From Tortispora ganteri (Eukaryota), in the NCBI GenBank assembly GCA_003707115.1, contig PPNB01000007.1, positions 186,001 through 250,000 of the forward strand: a stretch of 64,000 nt of DNA. Direction: 5' to 3'. Both the position numbers and the translations under genes were made by a program. The notes below the pieces were generated by a model that worked only from the letters and a program-made list of their open reading frames with translations, was not told where the DNA came from and made no database searches. Of the stretch, positions 12,444 to 23,400 are shown piece by piece; the first letter of the stretch is position 1, and every line of letters starts with the position of its first letter.

Positions 12444-12833
12444 TCTCTTAACAGATTTTAGGTGCAGGAGCGAAATCTGAAAGGAGGCGGGTGGGTGTGG
12501 GAGGTTGGGCCTTTGATCTGGGAGATTAAGGTCTTTGGCCGAGTGTAGGAGTAGGCGACTAAACCCCAGACCTCCCCCCCTTTCCGTCCCTACATATGAG
12601 GCCGTCATGGAAACGAAAGAGCAGAAAATAGTAACTAGCAGAGACTCAAAAGCCAGAACAACAGCATTGCTACTAGTAATTATAGTGTTCTTTCAGCTAA
12701 CAGGGCGTAGCATAAAGAGCTTAGGGTTAGCTACAAATAATATAGGGAGTGTTGGTGCAAGCTGGTGGACAAGCACACACGCTACAGGTAGACTACATAT
12801 TGCATATATCATGTTAAGTATTCAACATTATCA

Positions 12834-13400
12834 TCACTTTTGAGGGGGAATCTCGAAGATGACCTGCTTGCCGGTAAGACGTTGGTAGACAGCTTGGAAA
12901 GACTCGAATTTGTGGTCAATGGTGTTAGCATCCTTGTTGTTGAGATAGACCTTAAGTAATTTTCCACCACCGACTAAATGTCTGACACGCTTGCCAGATA
13001 CTTCAATAGGATAAACTAGATCATCAAGGATCTTCTCATGAACAGCTGTGAGGGTGCGGGATCGTGGACGTTTCTGGGTCTGACGAGATCGGCGTCCAGG
13101 TTTAGGAAGGATTCTGCGTTGTCCAACGAACACAACGTGACGATCAGAGAACTTCTTTTCGAGTTCACGGGTCAAGCGGGCTTGAACTGCATGGAAATGG
13201 GGCAACAAAGGAACGGGAACGAAAACAACAATAGCTTTGCGTCCTTCACCCACTTCAACTTCACGGGCTCCAGAGATCTGGAGTCTTTTCAGTTCAGGAG
13301 CGCTCTCTCCTCCAGCGGATTCGATATCAACAAGAGCTTGACCAATTTGCAAGTCTAATTCAGAAGGAGATGCCGAAGCTACTTTATTATGTGCAGACAT
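12834..13400 (-). CDS. RPS7: 40S ribosomal protein S7 (eS7)
   Basis: RLTRELEKKFSDRHV, QKRPRSRTLTAVH; no intron in the coding region. Confidence 0.98.
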   Translation of the reverse strand: MSAHNKVASASPSELDLQIGQALVDIESAGGESAPELKRLQISGAREVEVGEGRKAIVVFVPVPLLPHFHAVQARLTRELEKKFSDRHVVFVGQRRILPKPGRRSRQTQKRPRSRTLTAVHEKILDDLVYPIEVSGKRVRHLVGGGKLLKVYLNNKDANTIDHKFESFQAVYQRLTGKQVIFEIPPQK

Positions 13401-13507
13401 GTTCTCCTAAATACGGGAATCTGGTGTGTACGTTGACGTATAGGTGTGAGTGCAAGTGTGTGTCTTTACCTGGAGTATATCGTGCTTGCTGTGTTCCCAA
13501 CATTTCT

Positions 13508-13526
13508 GCCCTAAATGTTGTGACTG
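13508..13526 (-). promoter_or_regulatory. RPS7 promoter: Homol-D box (CAGTCACA, 13519-13526) and Tbf1-type TTAGGGC (13508-13514)
   Basis: Exact Homol-D octamer in gene orientation about 120 bp upstream of the RPS7 ATG, next to a TTAGGG-type site. Both are known fungal ribosomal-protein promoter elements. Confidence 0.7.
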
Positions 13527-14058
13527 ATAATTTTGCATAGCAACCAAACCCTATGTGTTTTCAGGTACATCTGCTATCTTTTAAACTGTTCGGCCGACTT
13601 CCCATTTTCCCATGGCTCAAGAACCCAAAACCTTCTTATTTTGGAAAACGTTAATTACGGCATCAAATCCGATAAATCCGTCAGCATGACTTAACTACTC
13701 GTGAGAGGCGCTTTTAAAGCGTCTCTTAGTTATATGCAACTTCAAAAGAATAGTATTATACTGCGTATGTGCTTGACTGAATAATACACGATTTCTCCAG
13801 CCATATTTATACAATTTACATGTATCTATTATATCAGATTACTTCTAATCTGTAGTGAGTATTAGCCAATAGAATCGCCTTTAAAAATTTAAAGTTACCT
13901 TATCAGTTCAATGCTATAAGTCATTGCACTAATAGACTTTTATTTTGGTGCAAATCCTGGCGGCTCCGCCGCTCTTTGGCTTTTCGATATATATATTTAG
14001 AAATAATAGTTCTGTTTTTTCTTTAGTTGTTACTTTTCTACTAGAGTCAACAGTTGCA

Positions 14059-17000
14059 ATGACTCCCTCAATTGCCAGTTTAGTGCCGGAATCCTCAACC
14101 GTGTCGACAGTTTACCAGGACATAGCTAAAGGGGAGCTCCCTCCTCTGCCAAAGGAAATCGACGCATTCAGCTACACCTCTGTACTCACTTTCTATCTCA
14201 ATGGTGTGAAACAAGTTGTAAGAAATCCAAATCCTGAAGGAACCCTACTTGATTATTTGCGCCTGAATGCTCATCTCACAGGTACCAAACTGGGCTGTTC
14301 GGAAGGCGGATGCGGTGCCTGTACGATCGTCGTGGCCTCTATTGATCCCGACACAAACTCGGTATACTATGCGGCCATAAACTCATGTATTGCCCCCTTG
14401 ATTTTTGTGGAAGGAAAGCATTTAATAACAGTTGAAGGGATCGGAAGTGTCAAGAATCCTCATCCTGCACAGGAGCGCATTGCCTACTTTCACGGCTCGC
14501 AATGCGGCTTCTGTACTCCAGGCATAGTCATGTCCCTCTACGCCTTGCTTAGGAACACTGACGGCTCCCCCTCCAAAGACCAGATAGTGGAAGCTTGGGA
14601 TGGTAATCTCTGCCGCTGCACCGGATACAAGCCAATTATTGACGCCGCTAATACCTTTGTATCGGGATGTGCTCGTGGCAAGGACTGCTGCAAGAACAAG
14701 TCAAATGGACGGCGCTGTGGAGACGAATCAAATGGTACCTCTATTAATTCAGACAGAGAAGAGATGGAAGTTGACATGAATGAGCTTTTGTCGCCCAATG
14801 GAATGCCTTTAAAGCCTGCATACACTGCTGATCAAGAACTCATATTCCCTCCATCTCTTCGCAAGTACGAACTGCCTCCTATTTATTTTGGTAATTTTCG
14901 CAAGGTCTGGTTTCGCCCTACCTCCAAAGCTCAATTGCTTCAGATTAAGAGCGCTTACCCCTCCGCAAAGATTGTAGGAGGTTCTTCAGAAATTCAGATC
15001 GAAATAAAAATGAAGGCAGCTAATTACAACGTTTCTGTGTTTGCTAATGACATACCTGAACTTAGAAGATTTTCCTACGTTCCTGGTGAAGGACTGCACT
15101 TCGGCTCAAACATCAGCCTCTCTAAACTAGAAGAAGTCTTGAAAGCTTTAATTGAAGGATCAGACGAGATTCCCGTGCCTAAACTTGAGCCCTACCAGAC
15201 TGGGTTTTTCAAAGCAATGCTTCACCAGTTGAAGTATTTTGCAGGACGTCAAATCCGTAATGCTGCTACTCCTGCAGGTAACATTGCTACAGCTTCGCCT
15301 ATTTCTGATTTAAATCCTGTCCTTGTGTCAGCTCACGCTGTTCTAACTGTTGAACAGGAGGGCAAAGAGCCAGTAAAGCTTTCTATGGCTGACTTCTTTA
15401 TCAGCTACCGCAATACTAAACTACCCACAGAGGGAATAATTACAAGTATTTTTGTGCCAGAGACAACTAAATTTCAGCACGTCGCCGCTTATAAACAGGC
15501 TAAGCGCAAAGATGATGATATTGCTATAGTGACTTCGTCGTTTTTTATGGAATTGGATGAAAGTAACGTCATCACTCAAGCACGCTTGGTCTACGGCGGT
15601 ATGGCACCTATAACTATTGCCGCTAAAGAAGCTTCTTCTTTCTTGGTAGGTAAAAACTTGCTTGACATAGAAACTATTGAATCTACCTTTAGCTGTCTGG
15701 AAAGAGATTTCAATCTGCCCTACGGAGTTCCTGGTGGTATGGCTACTTATAGGCGTGGATTGGCTCTCAGCTTTTTCTACAGATTCTATAATCAGGTTAA
15801 ATCAGATCTCAATCTTGATTTTGATGCAGATGTGCTTACAGAAGTTACACGAGACCATGTGAAAGGAAAGCGCGATCTCGTGAATCCCTTTGAATCTCGT
15901 ATACTTGGTAAATCTAACCCTCATCTTTCTGCTTTGAAGCAGGTTACTGGAGAAGCAGTATATGTGGATGATATTCCTCCTCAGCATGGCGAGCTGTTTG
16001 GTGTACAAGTTCTTTCATCTAAAGCTCATGCTAGAATCATCTCGGTTGATTTCTCTGCTGCCCTTGAGGTTCCTGGTGTGGTAGACTACATTGACATAAA
16101 TGACCTTCCGAACCGTGAGGCCAATATGTGGGGCACTGTAAATGGCTATGAGCCTTTTTTTGCTGATAATGAAGTGTTTTATGCTGGTCAATGCATTGGT
16201 GTCGTTCTTGCAGAAACCGAATTAGCTGCAAACGAAGGTATGCGAGCCGTCAAAGTGGAATATGAAGATCTGCCTTTCATCACTACAATTGAGGAAGCTA
16301 TTGACGCCAACTCTTATTTTGATCATGTAAAGCCGCAAACTTATAAGGGAAATATTGAAGAGGGACTCAAGAAAGCTAAGTACGTTTTTGAAGGTACTCA
16401 TCGTATGGGTGCTCAAGAACACTTCTATCTTGAGACACAAGGAGCTTTAGCAGTTCCTGAACCTGAAGATGGTGAGCTTAAGATATATTCTTCTAGTCAG
16501 AACCCTACAGAGACCCAGCATTTTGTTGCCTCTGCTACTGGCGTTCCAGACTCGCGAATTGTATGTCGGGTTAAGAGACTTGGCGGAGGATTCGGTGGAA
16601 AAGAGTCTCGATGTGTGCAGTTAGCCGGTCTTGCATCAGTTGGAGCTGTAAAGACTAAGAGGGCTGTGAGAATGATGCTATCACGAGCCGAAGATATGCA
16701 GACCAGTGGGCAGCGTCATCCGTTCATGTTCAAGTGGAAGTGTGGGTTTGATGAGAACTACAAGATGACTGCATATGAGGTGGATCTTTATTGCAATGCT
16801 GGCTGGACGATGGATCTTACTAGAGGTGTCATTGAGCGGGCCGTTTTGCATGCTGATAATGTATACTTCTGTCCAAATGTGACTGTTCGTGGCTGGATTT
16901 GCAAGACAAATACTGCTTCGAATACCGCGTTTAGAGGATTTGGTGGACCTCAAGGTATGTTTGCATGTGAAAGCATGTTTTACGAAGTGGCTGATCGTAT

Positions 17001-18213
17001 GAACATTGACCTTGATGAACTTCGTCGCATAAACTATTATGATAAGTCTAAGAACCAAAGTACGTCGTTCAAACAAGCAATTACTGAGGATTTTAGTGTT
17101 CCCGATATTGTTGAACAGCTACATGTGGAGTGCGATTATGAAGCCCGCAAAGCACAAGTTTCTGCATTTAACAAAGAACATAAGTGGATTAAGCGTGGTA
17201 TTACTACTACACCTACGAAATTCGGTATTTCATTCGGTGCTCTATTTCTCAATCAAGCCGGTGCATTAGTGCATATTTATCATGATGGATCCATTTTACT
17301 AACACATGGTGGTACAGAAATGGGTCAAGGATTGCACACTAAGATGGCAATGATATGTGCTCATGAGCTTCAAGTCCCTCTTGATAATGTATTTATCTCT
17401 GAGACGGCAACTAACACTGTTCCTAACACATCACCTTCTGCTGCATCAGCATCTAGTGATCTTAACGGAGGTGCAGTAAAGAACGCATGCGATCAATTGA
17501 ATGAGCGTTTAAAACCGTACAGAGAAAAGTTTGGACCTAATGCCACAATGCGAGAGATGGCCCATGCTGCCTACATGGATCGTGTGAATTTATCAGCTAA
17601 TGGATTTTATAAGACTCCTGATATTGGATTTGTATTTGGCGAGGAGAATCCCAAGCCTGCTTTCTATTACTTTACTCAAGGAGCTTGTGTTTCCGAGGTG
17701 GAAGTGAACATGCTTACGGGAGATTTTTCAGTGATTCGAACAGACATTAAAATGGACATTGGTCGGCCAATTAACCAGGCTATTGACTATGGACAAATAG
17801 AAGGTGCTTACGTTCAAGGACAGGGCCTTTTTACTACTGAACAGTCCTTATGGTTTTCACACAATGGGCAAATATTCACTAGAGGCCCTGGTGCGTATAA
17901 GATACCTGGGTTCAGAGATATTCCGCAGGAATTCAACGTCACTATGCTAAAAGACCGGCCGTTTAACCATCTCAACACTATTCACCGCAGCAAAGGTATT
18001 GGAGAGCCTCCTCTTTTCCTTGGATCTACTGTTTTATTTGCAATTCGGGAAGCATTGAAGGCCGGCAGGAAACAATTCGGACAGGAAGATGTTCTTGTAC
18101 TGAACGCACCTTGTACCGCTGAACGTATACGTCTTGCTGTTGGCGATGACATCATCAAGCGAGCCGTTGTTACCCCGAAGGAGGGCGAAAAACCTTTCCT
18201 GATTGAAGCTTAA
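14059..18213 (+). CDS. XDH: Xanthine dehydrogenase/oxidoreductase (2Fe-2S, FAD, molybdopterin)
   Basis: GTKLGCSEGGCGACT, QCGFCTPG, NLCRCTGY, GGGFGGKE, AFRGFGGPQG, SKGIGEPPLFL. First ATG at 14059. Confidence 0.96.
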   Translation: MTPSIASLVPESSTVSTVYQDIAKGELPPLPKEIDAFSYTSVLTFYLNGVKQVVRNPNPEGTLLDYLRLNAHLTGTKLGCSEGGCGACTIVVASIDPDTNSVYYAAINSCIAPLIFVEGKHLITVEGIGSVKNPHPAQERIAYFHGSQCGFCTPGIVMSLYALLRNTDGSPSKDQIVEAWDGNLCRCTGYKPIIDAANTFVSGCARGKDCCKNKSNGRRCGDESNGTSINSDREEMEVDMNELLSPNGMPLKPAYTADQELIFPPSLRKYELPPIYFGNFRKVWFRPTSKAQLLQIKSAYPSAKIVGGSSEIQIEIKMKAANYNVSVFANDIPELRRFSYVPGEGLHFGSNISLSKLEEVLKALIEGSDEIPVPKLEPYQTGFFKAMLHQLKYFAGRQIRNAATPAGNIATASPISDLNPVLVSAHAVLTVEQEGKEPVKLSMADFFISYRNTKLPTEGIITSIFVPETTKFQHVAAYKQAKRKDDDIAIVTSSFFMELDESNVITQARLVYGGMAPITIAAKEASSFLVGKNLLDIETIESTFSCLERDFNLPYGVPGGMATYRRGLALSFFYRFYNQVKSDLNLDFDADVLTEVTRDHVKGKRDLVNPFESRILGKSNPHLSALKQVTGEAVYVDDIPPQHGELFGVQVLSSKAHARIISVDFSAALEVPGVVDYIDINDLPNREANMWGTVNGYEPFFADNEVFYAGQCIGVVLAETELAANEGMRAVKVEYEDLPFITTIEEAIDANSYFDHVKPQTYKGNIEEGLKKAKYVFEGTHRMGAQEHFYLETQGALAVPEPEDGELKIYSSSQNPTETQHFVASATGVPDSRIVCRVKRLGGGFGGKESRCVQLAGLASVGAVKTKRAVRMMLSRAEDMQTSGQRHPFMFKWKCGFDENYKMTAYEVDLYCNAGWTMDLTRGVIERAVLHADNVYFCPNVTVRGWICKTNTASNTAFRGFGGPQGMFACESMFYEVADRMNIDLDELRRINYYDKSKNQSTSFKQAITEDFSVPDIVEQLHVECDYEARKAQVSAFNKEHKWIKRGITTTPTKFGISFGALFLNQAGALVHIYHDGSILLTHGGTEMGQGLHTKMAMICAHELQVPLDNVFISETATNTVPNTSPSAASASSDLNGGAVKNACDQLNERLKPYREKFGPNATMREMAHAAYMDRVNLSANGFYKTPDIGFVFGEENPKPAFYYFTQGACVSEVEVNMLTGDFSVIRTDIKMDIGRPINQAIDYGQIEGAYVQGQGLFTTEQSLWFSHNGQIFTRGPGAYKIPGFRDIPQEFNVTMLKDRPFNHLNTIHRSKGIGEPPLFLGSTVLFAIREALKAGRKQFGQEDVLVLNAPCTAERIRLAVGDDIIKRAVVTPKEGEKPFLIEA

Positions 18214-18435
18214 AGGGAAACAATTTGTTATAGTATATTTAGTACTATGTAGGATATATTAATAAATTTTGGGTCATACATGCTAATCCTGCATAGATCA
18301 AGTATACGTAATATTAATACCCTTACCTTACCCTCTGCAGTGACAAAAGATAAGGCACTAAGTATTGGGACATGTATGGGAACTGCTACTCCTGTGTAAC
18401 TCCCGATTAATATTCAGCTAGGTGCTAGCAAAAAC

Positions 18436-19878
18436 ATGGGTATAGTGCCTTATTTTGATAAATATACAGGCCAATACCCAGTGTCATACACAGACATTCA
18501 TTACGATGTGCCTAAGACTAAATTTGAGCTTTCTGGAACTATAGCGAGATCTGTAGAGGCTCGAATCGTATATCCGACCGAAGACGTTTATGCCGAAAAG
18601 ACTTCACAATGGCTGCCTGAACCCGCACGGAAGTACACAGCGGGGCTGGCTGGACTGTTAGGGAACGGTATTTTGTCGCAAGTTTTGGCAAGTCGTGTTT
18701 CGCCACTTAATTTTATCGGCAAGCTAGTTAAAATGCCAATGGGCGCTGATTGTCCACTAAGGCGGCATGATAAGCCTTGGCCTGTTGTTGTCTTTTCGCA
18801 CGGCCTCTGTGGCAATAAAAGCTCATACTCCTATTACACGTGTAGTCTCGCATCTCACGGCTATATTGTGATTGTTCCCGAACACAAGGACGGCAGTGCA
18901 CCAATATCTAGAGAAGCGGTTGGCGAAGATGTGTGGGTAGCATTTCACTCTGTACGAGAGGTAGACGACGCTACACGTCGATTTCGTGTTGGCCAGCTTG
19001 AGCACCGCATATTTGAAATTTCTCAACTGGTAAGTTATCTCAAAAATGGAAATGTACCTTTTATAACCAGTTCGACAGCTGATTTAAGCCATATAGCCTA
19101 TGCAGGCCACTCATTCGGTGGTGCCACAGTTATCGCGATGCGCAAAGGTATAGGCAACTTGATTGCTATTGAGAACGAACTGTACAGCAAACGGGACAGA
19201 CGGAGAAGTAGCGCTTCTTTGGGCTACCGACACGAGATTGCCTCGCCCCTTGAGCCCAATTCTCCAGAGATCAACGCCACTGATCTGTCACCTAGATTAT
19301 CCTATAACGAGATGCCTCCGCTAACACCTCTGGTGGAACCATCTCCAGAATCAGCAGACGAGGACTCGGATAGCAGTCTGAACGACGAGCTAGAGAGCCT
19401 ACCGGGCCCTGCAATAGCGTCTCAAGTCAAATCTGATCGCGTGGTGTCATGGCGCGATCCAGTGAGGATGAGCGCAATAATTGCTTTAGATCCATGGATG
19501 TTCCCGATCTCTGAAGCTCTAACAGTGGAAATGGACGTATCTATTTTATGTATTATATCTGAACAATTTGAAGTCTGGGAGACTAACTTCACGGACGTCA
19601 AAGAGTGCATGGCTGCGAATTCCAATGACACCTTTCTCTACAAATACGCTCGATCAGCGCACCATTCACAGTCGGACTTTGGTGTCTTGTTTCCTAACAT
19701 TATGAGGGCAATGTATAAAATCGGCAACAAGCGACCGGAGGAGCAGAAAATTCTAGAAGCAAATATCCAGTCTTCTGTAGAATTTTTAAACAGTTACTTA
19801 CAAGATATCATAGCCGAGAAAGATGGTTTATTGTTGGGATCCCGAGAGCCACATTGGATACAGATCTATAGACACTGA
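18436..19878 (+). CDS. Platelet-activating-factor acetylhydrolase-like alpha/beta hydrolase
   Basis: PVVVFSHGL, LASHGYIV..PEH.DGSA, GHSFGGAT nucleophile, LDPW, H.SQSDF. Confidence 0.88.
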   Translation: MGIVPYFDKYTGQYPVSYTDIHYDVPKTKFELSGTIARSVEARIVYPTEDVYAEKTSQWLPEPARKYTAGLAGLLGNGILSQVLASRVSPLNFIGKLVKMPMGADCPLRRHDKPWPVVVFSHGLCGNKSSYSYYTCSLASHGYIVIVPEHKDGSAPISREAVGEDVWVAFHSVREVDDATRRFRVGQLEHRIFEISQLVSYLKNGNVPFITSSTADLSHIAYAGHSFGGATVIAMRKGIGNLIAIENELYSKRDRRRSSASLGYRHEIASPLEPNSPEINATDLSPRLSYNEMPPLTPLVEPSPESADEDSDSSLNDELESLPGPAIASQVKSDRVVSWRDPVRMSAIIALDPWMFPISEALTVEMDVSILCIISEQFEVWETNFTDVKECMAANSNDTFLYKYARSAHHSQSDFGVLFPNIMRAMYKIGNKRPEEQKILEANIQSSVEFLNSYLQDIIAEKDGLLLGSREPHWIQIYRH

Positions 19879-20496
19879 TAGCTGTCCTACTTATCACGAT
19901 CCTTAATACCACCCATACATAATTAATTATTTTTCCGACTTTATTATATTATAATTATTGTGCAAATTCTGCTACGATCTTAACGTAGATAAGCGGCCTT
20001 CAGCAAATATAATTACATTATTTCATTCTATTTTTTAATTTTTTTGACTCTTGTCGCTGTAGCCAATTGGCTTTGGTAAAACTTTCTTCTTAGCGATTTA
20101 CAGTCGCGCTTTTAAAAGTTGTGCACACTTCACAGCGTTTACTTTCGTCACTTAACTGACATACAAGGGTTCTGCAATTTCGTCGATACAATAAAAAAAG
20201 CTACTTAGATCTCGATAACGCAATTCCCTTATTGAGAAATTTGTTTTTTTCATTTAAAGTGAATTGACCTCATAGTATATACAGTTGGAGCACAATTGCC
20301 CCTTCATCAATAACCACCACCGCCTCCACATACAACGCCCCTTTGTTGGATACAAGCCAATTTCTTAAAAGACGACAAAAAGTCTCAGTTATTGCTGCAC
20401 TTTATTTCTAGTCATTTATAGATTTGTTTTTATTTAATCGTCTATTTCCACCAATTACCTTTACAATAAGACTTCTTTCAACTTCTCTGGCTAAGT

Positions 20497-23400
20497 ATGA
20501 CAGACGCCGAATCACTCTCTGACGCAAGCAGCTACACCGAGGTCCAATCGGACGATCTTCAACCCCAGATAAATACCCAACAATCTCCTTCATCCTCCAA
20601 CGTTGCCTTAGACGCTAGCAATTTTGAGTCTGTAGCTGAGTCTGTTTTCACATCTTTAAATGATGATCTCGAAGTCGAAACTCAGGGTTGGTTCACCTGG
20701 ACTATACAAAAGTGGTCCGTACTCGAAGATCGCGTAAGAAGCGAACCTTTTGAATGTGGAGGGTTTGATTGGAGAATATTATTGTTTCCTCGTGGTAATC
20801 ACAGCAACTCCGACTCCTGTTCGCTATTCTTAGAATGCACACCTCACAACCAATCTCCTCCTTCAGACGAAGACGCCGACTTGAGTCCTGCTGTGGAACC
20901 CTATCATGCATGTGCCCAATTTGGCCTTGTAATGTGGAACCCCGAACATCCGACCGCTCATTGCTCCCACTCTGCATATCATCGGTTCAATGAGGCTGAA
21001 ACTGACTGGGGTTTCGCGAAGTTCCGCAATATCCGCTCCTTGTTCAGCACTACAACAGATATTGCCTACCCTTTGGTAGAACACGATTCTACCAATATAA
21101 GTGCATATATACGCATTTTTAAAGATGAAACCGGTGTTCTTTGGCATAATTTCATTAACTATGACTCTCGTCAAGTTACTGGCTACGTTGGTTTGCGCAA
21201 CCAAGGAGCCACTTGCTACCTCAACTCGTTAGTGCAATCACTGTATTGTACGAATGCTTTTCGTAAAGCTGTTTACCAGATTCCAACAGAGGATGACGAA
21301 CCGGTGAAAAGTGTCCCTCTTGCATTGCAGCGCCTTTTTTACCAATTGCAGACTTCGCCCTATCCTGTGAGCACTACCGAACTCACTAAATCCTTTGGTT
21401 GGGATACTGCAGACGCTTTTACACAGCATGATGTACAGGAACTGAACCGCGTACTGATGGATAATTTAGAAGGTAAGATGAAAGGAACACCGGCAGAAAA
21501 GGCGCTTGCAGGATTGTTTGCCGGTAAAATGAAGAGTTATATTCGCTGCATTAATGTTGATTTTGAATCTTCTCGTACGGAAGAGTTTTGGGATATCCAG
21601 TTAAATGTGAAGGGAATGAAAGATTTAAAGCAATCTTTCCAGGACTATGTGCAAGTTGAAACACTTGATGGCGAAAACCAGTATCAAGCTTCTGAATTTG
21701 GACTTCAGGATGCTCATAAAGGCGTGGTATTTGAGTCATTTCCCCCTGTTTTACACCTTCAGCTGAAGCGCTTTGAATATGACTTTATGTGCGATACGAT
21801 GGTCAAAATAAACGACCGACACGAATTTCCTCTCGAAATAGATTTAGAGGAATATCTTAGTGATGAAGCTGATAAGTCAGAACCGGCAGTGTACTGTTTG
21901 CATGGAGTCCTGGTACATTCTGGTGACCTGAATGTCGGTCATTATTATACGCTAATCAAGCCGACCGTTGACGGAAATTGGCTAAAATTCGATGATGATA
22001 GAGTCACAAAGGCAACGATCAAAGAAGTACTCAATGACAACTATGGTGGAGACGTGGAAGATAATAGTGTCATAACTATGACGGGACAGCGTCAAACTAA
22101 TATATCTCGTTACATTAAGCGTCATTCTAATGCTTATATGCTTGTTTACCTGCGAAAGTCGCGCCTTCAGGATATCCTTGAACCCATAACAGAAGCTGAT
22201 GTCCCCGCTTATATTCCTGAGCTACTAGAACAGCAGAAGAGAATGGAAGAACTACGTCGCAAGGAGCGTGAAGAGCAACATTTATACATGACGGTCAAGG
22301 TGGCCAATATTGATACATTTCGGAAATATCAAGGGTTTGATATCACTTCTTGGACTGTTGATGCAGAACAGACTGATATGATAGACCCTGAAGCTTTACC
22401 TAAAACTTTTAGAATGCTGAAAACATCCACTGTTGCAGAATTAAAGAATAAAGTATCTGAAGTGATGGGATACAATTCACCTAACGAATTCATGATGTGG
22501 TTGTTTTCCAACCGAATGAATAAAACAGCTAGACCAGATCAACCTGTCCCGGAGAACACTTCTCTTGATATTGAACAGATTAGAGAAAGAAAATCTAGCA
22601 AATGCCCCGATTTCAGACTTTGGATCGATGCCAACCCTGTGGTCTTAGAAAAATTCAAAAACACTGTGATTAATCCGGTGACGCAGCCTTTGTCCTCCGA
22701 TAATTCCACGGCGCAAGGTAAGGCTCAGAAGCCTGGTCGTCCCATATTTTTGTTGCTAAAGTACTTTGATGTGGAGAATCAAACATTGCTTGGGCTTACC
22801 ACGGCTTCAGTGGATTTGAGCGAAAATATTTCATCGCTTGTTCCAATTGCTCAAAATGTATTAAATTTTAGTTCAGACGTTGAACTGAAATTGTACGAAG
22901 AAATAAAGCCGGATCTGATTGAAGAGTTGAACTTTAAGAACACGTTCGAAGCCGCCGAATTGCGAAATGGTGATATTATTACAGTGGCAAAGTCTGTCCC
23001 TAGTGTCAGCGTGGATAAGATTACAGGTTACAAAGACGCCATAAGCTTTTACAGATTTTTGCTGAGTCGAACTCGCATTCATTTCTTACCAAGGTTCGAT
23101 GATGAAATGGAAGAAGATATGAACGAAGATGAATTCAGTTTAGTATTAAGTAAGCGCGACGATTATTCACGCTTATCTGAAGCCGTGGGACACTACTTAA
23201 AGGTTGATCCTGAGTATTTACGCTTTACTACTTGTCATCCGTCAGGCGCTCCTAGAAGCATCGTTAAATATGCTCCATCTGCATCCATTGCTTCTATTTT
23301 CTCTCAGTCATACTCAGCGACTCCCAATATGCTCTATTATGAAGTTCTTCCAATGCCGTTAAAGGAAATGGAGCAGATGATATCAGTCCCTGTCATTTAT

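Noticed and set aside
13401..13475. Possible 5'-UTR intron of RPS7 (GTAAAG...TAG)
   Set aside because: Non-consensus donor and no convincing branch point.
13945..14058. N-terminal extensions in the ORF track (XDH, ARC15, SDH4, TDT transporter, AlkB-like, PCK1, EMI1, ECM31; upstream ATGs of BIM1 and VPS21)
   Set aside because: Most start at TTG/GTG, which is not normal in yeast, and look like UTR sequence. Homology begins at the downstream ATG.
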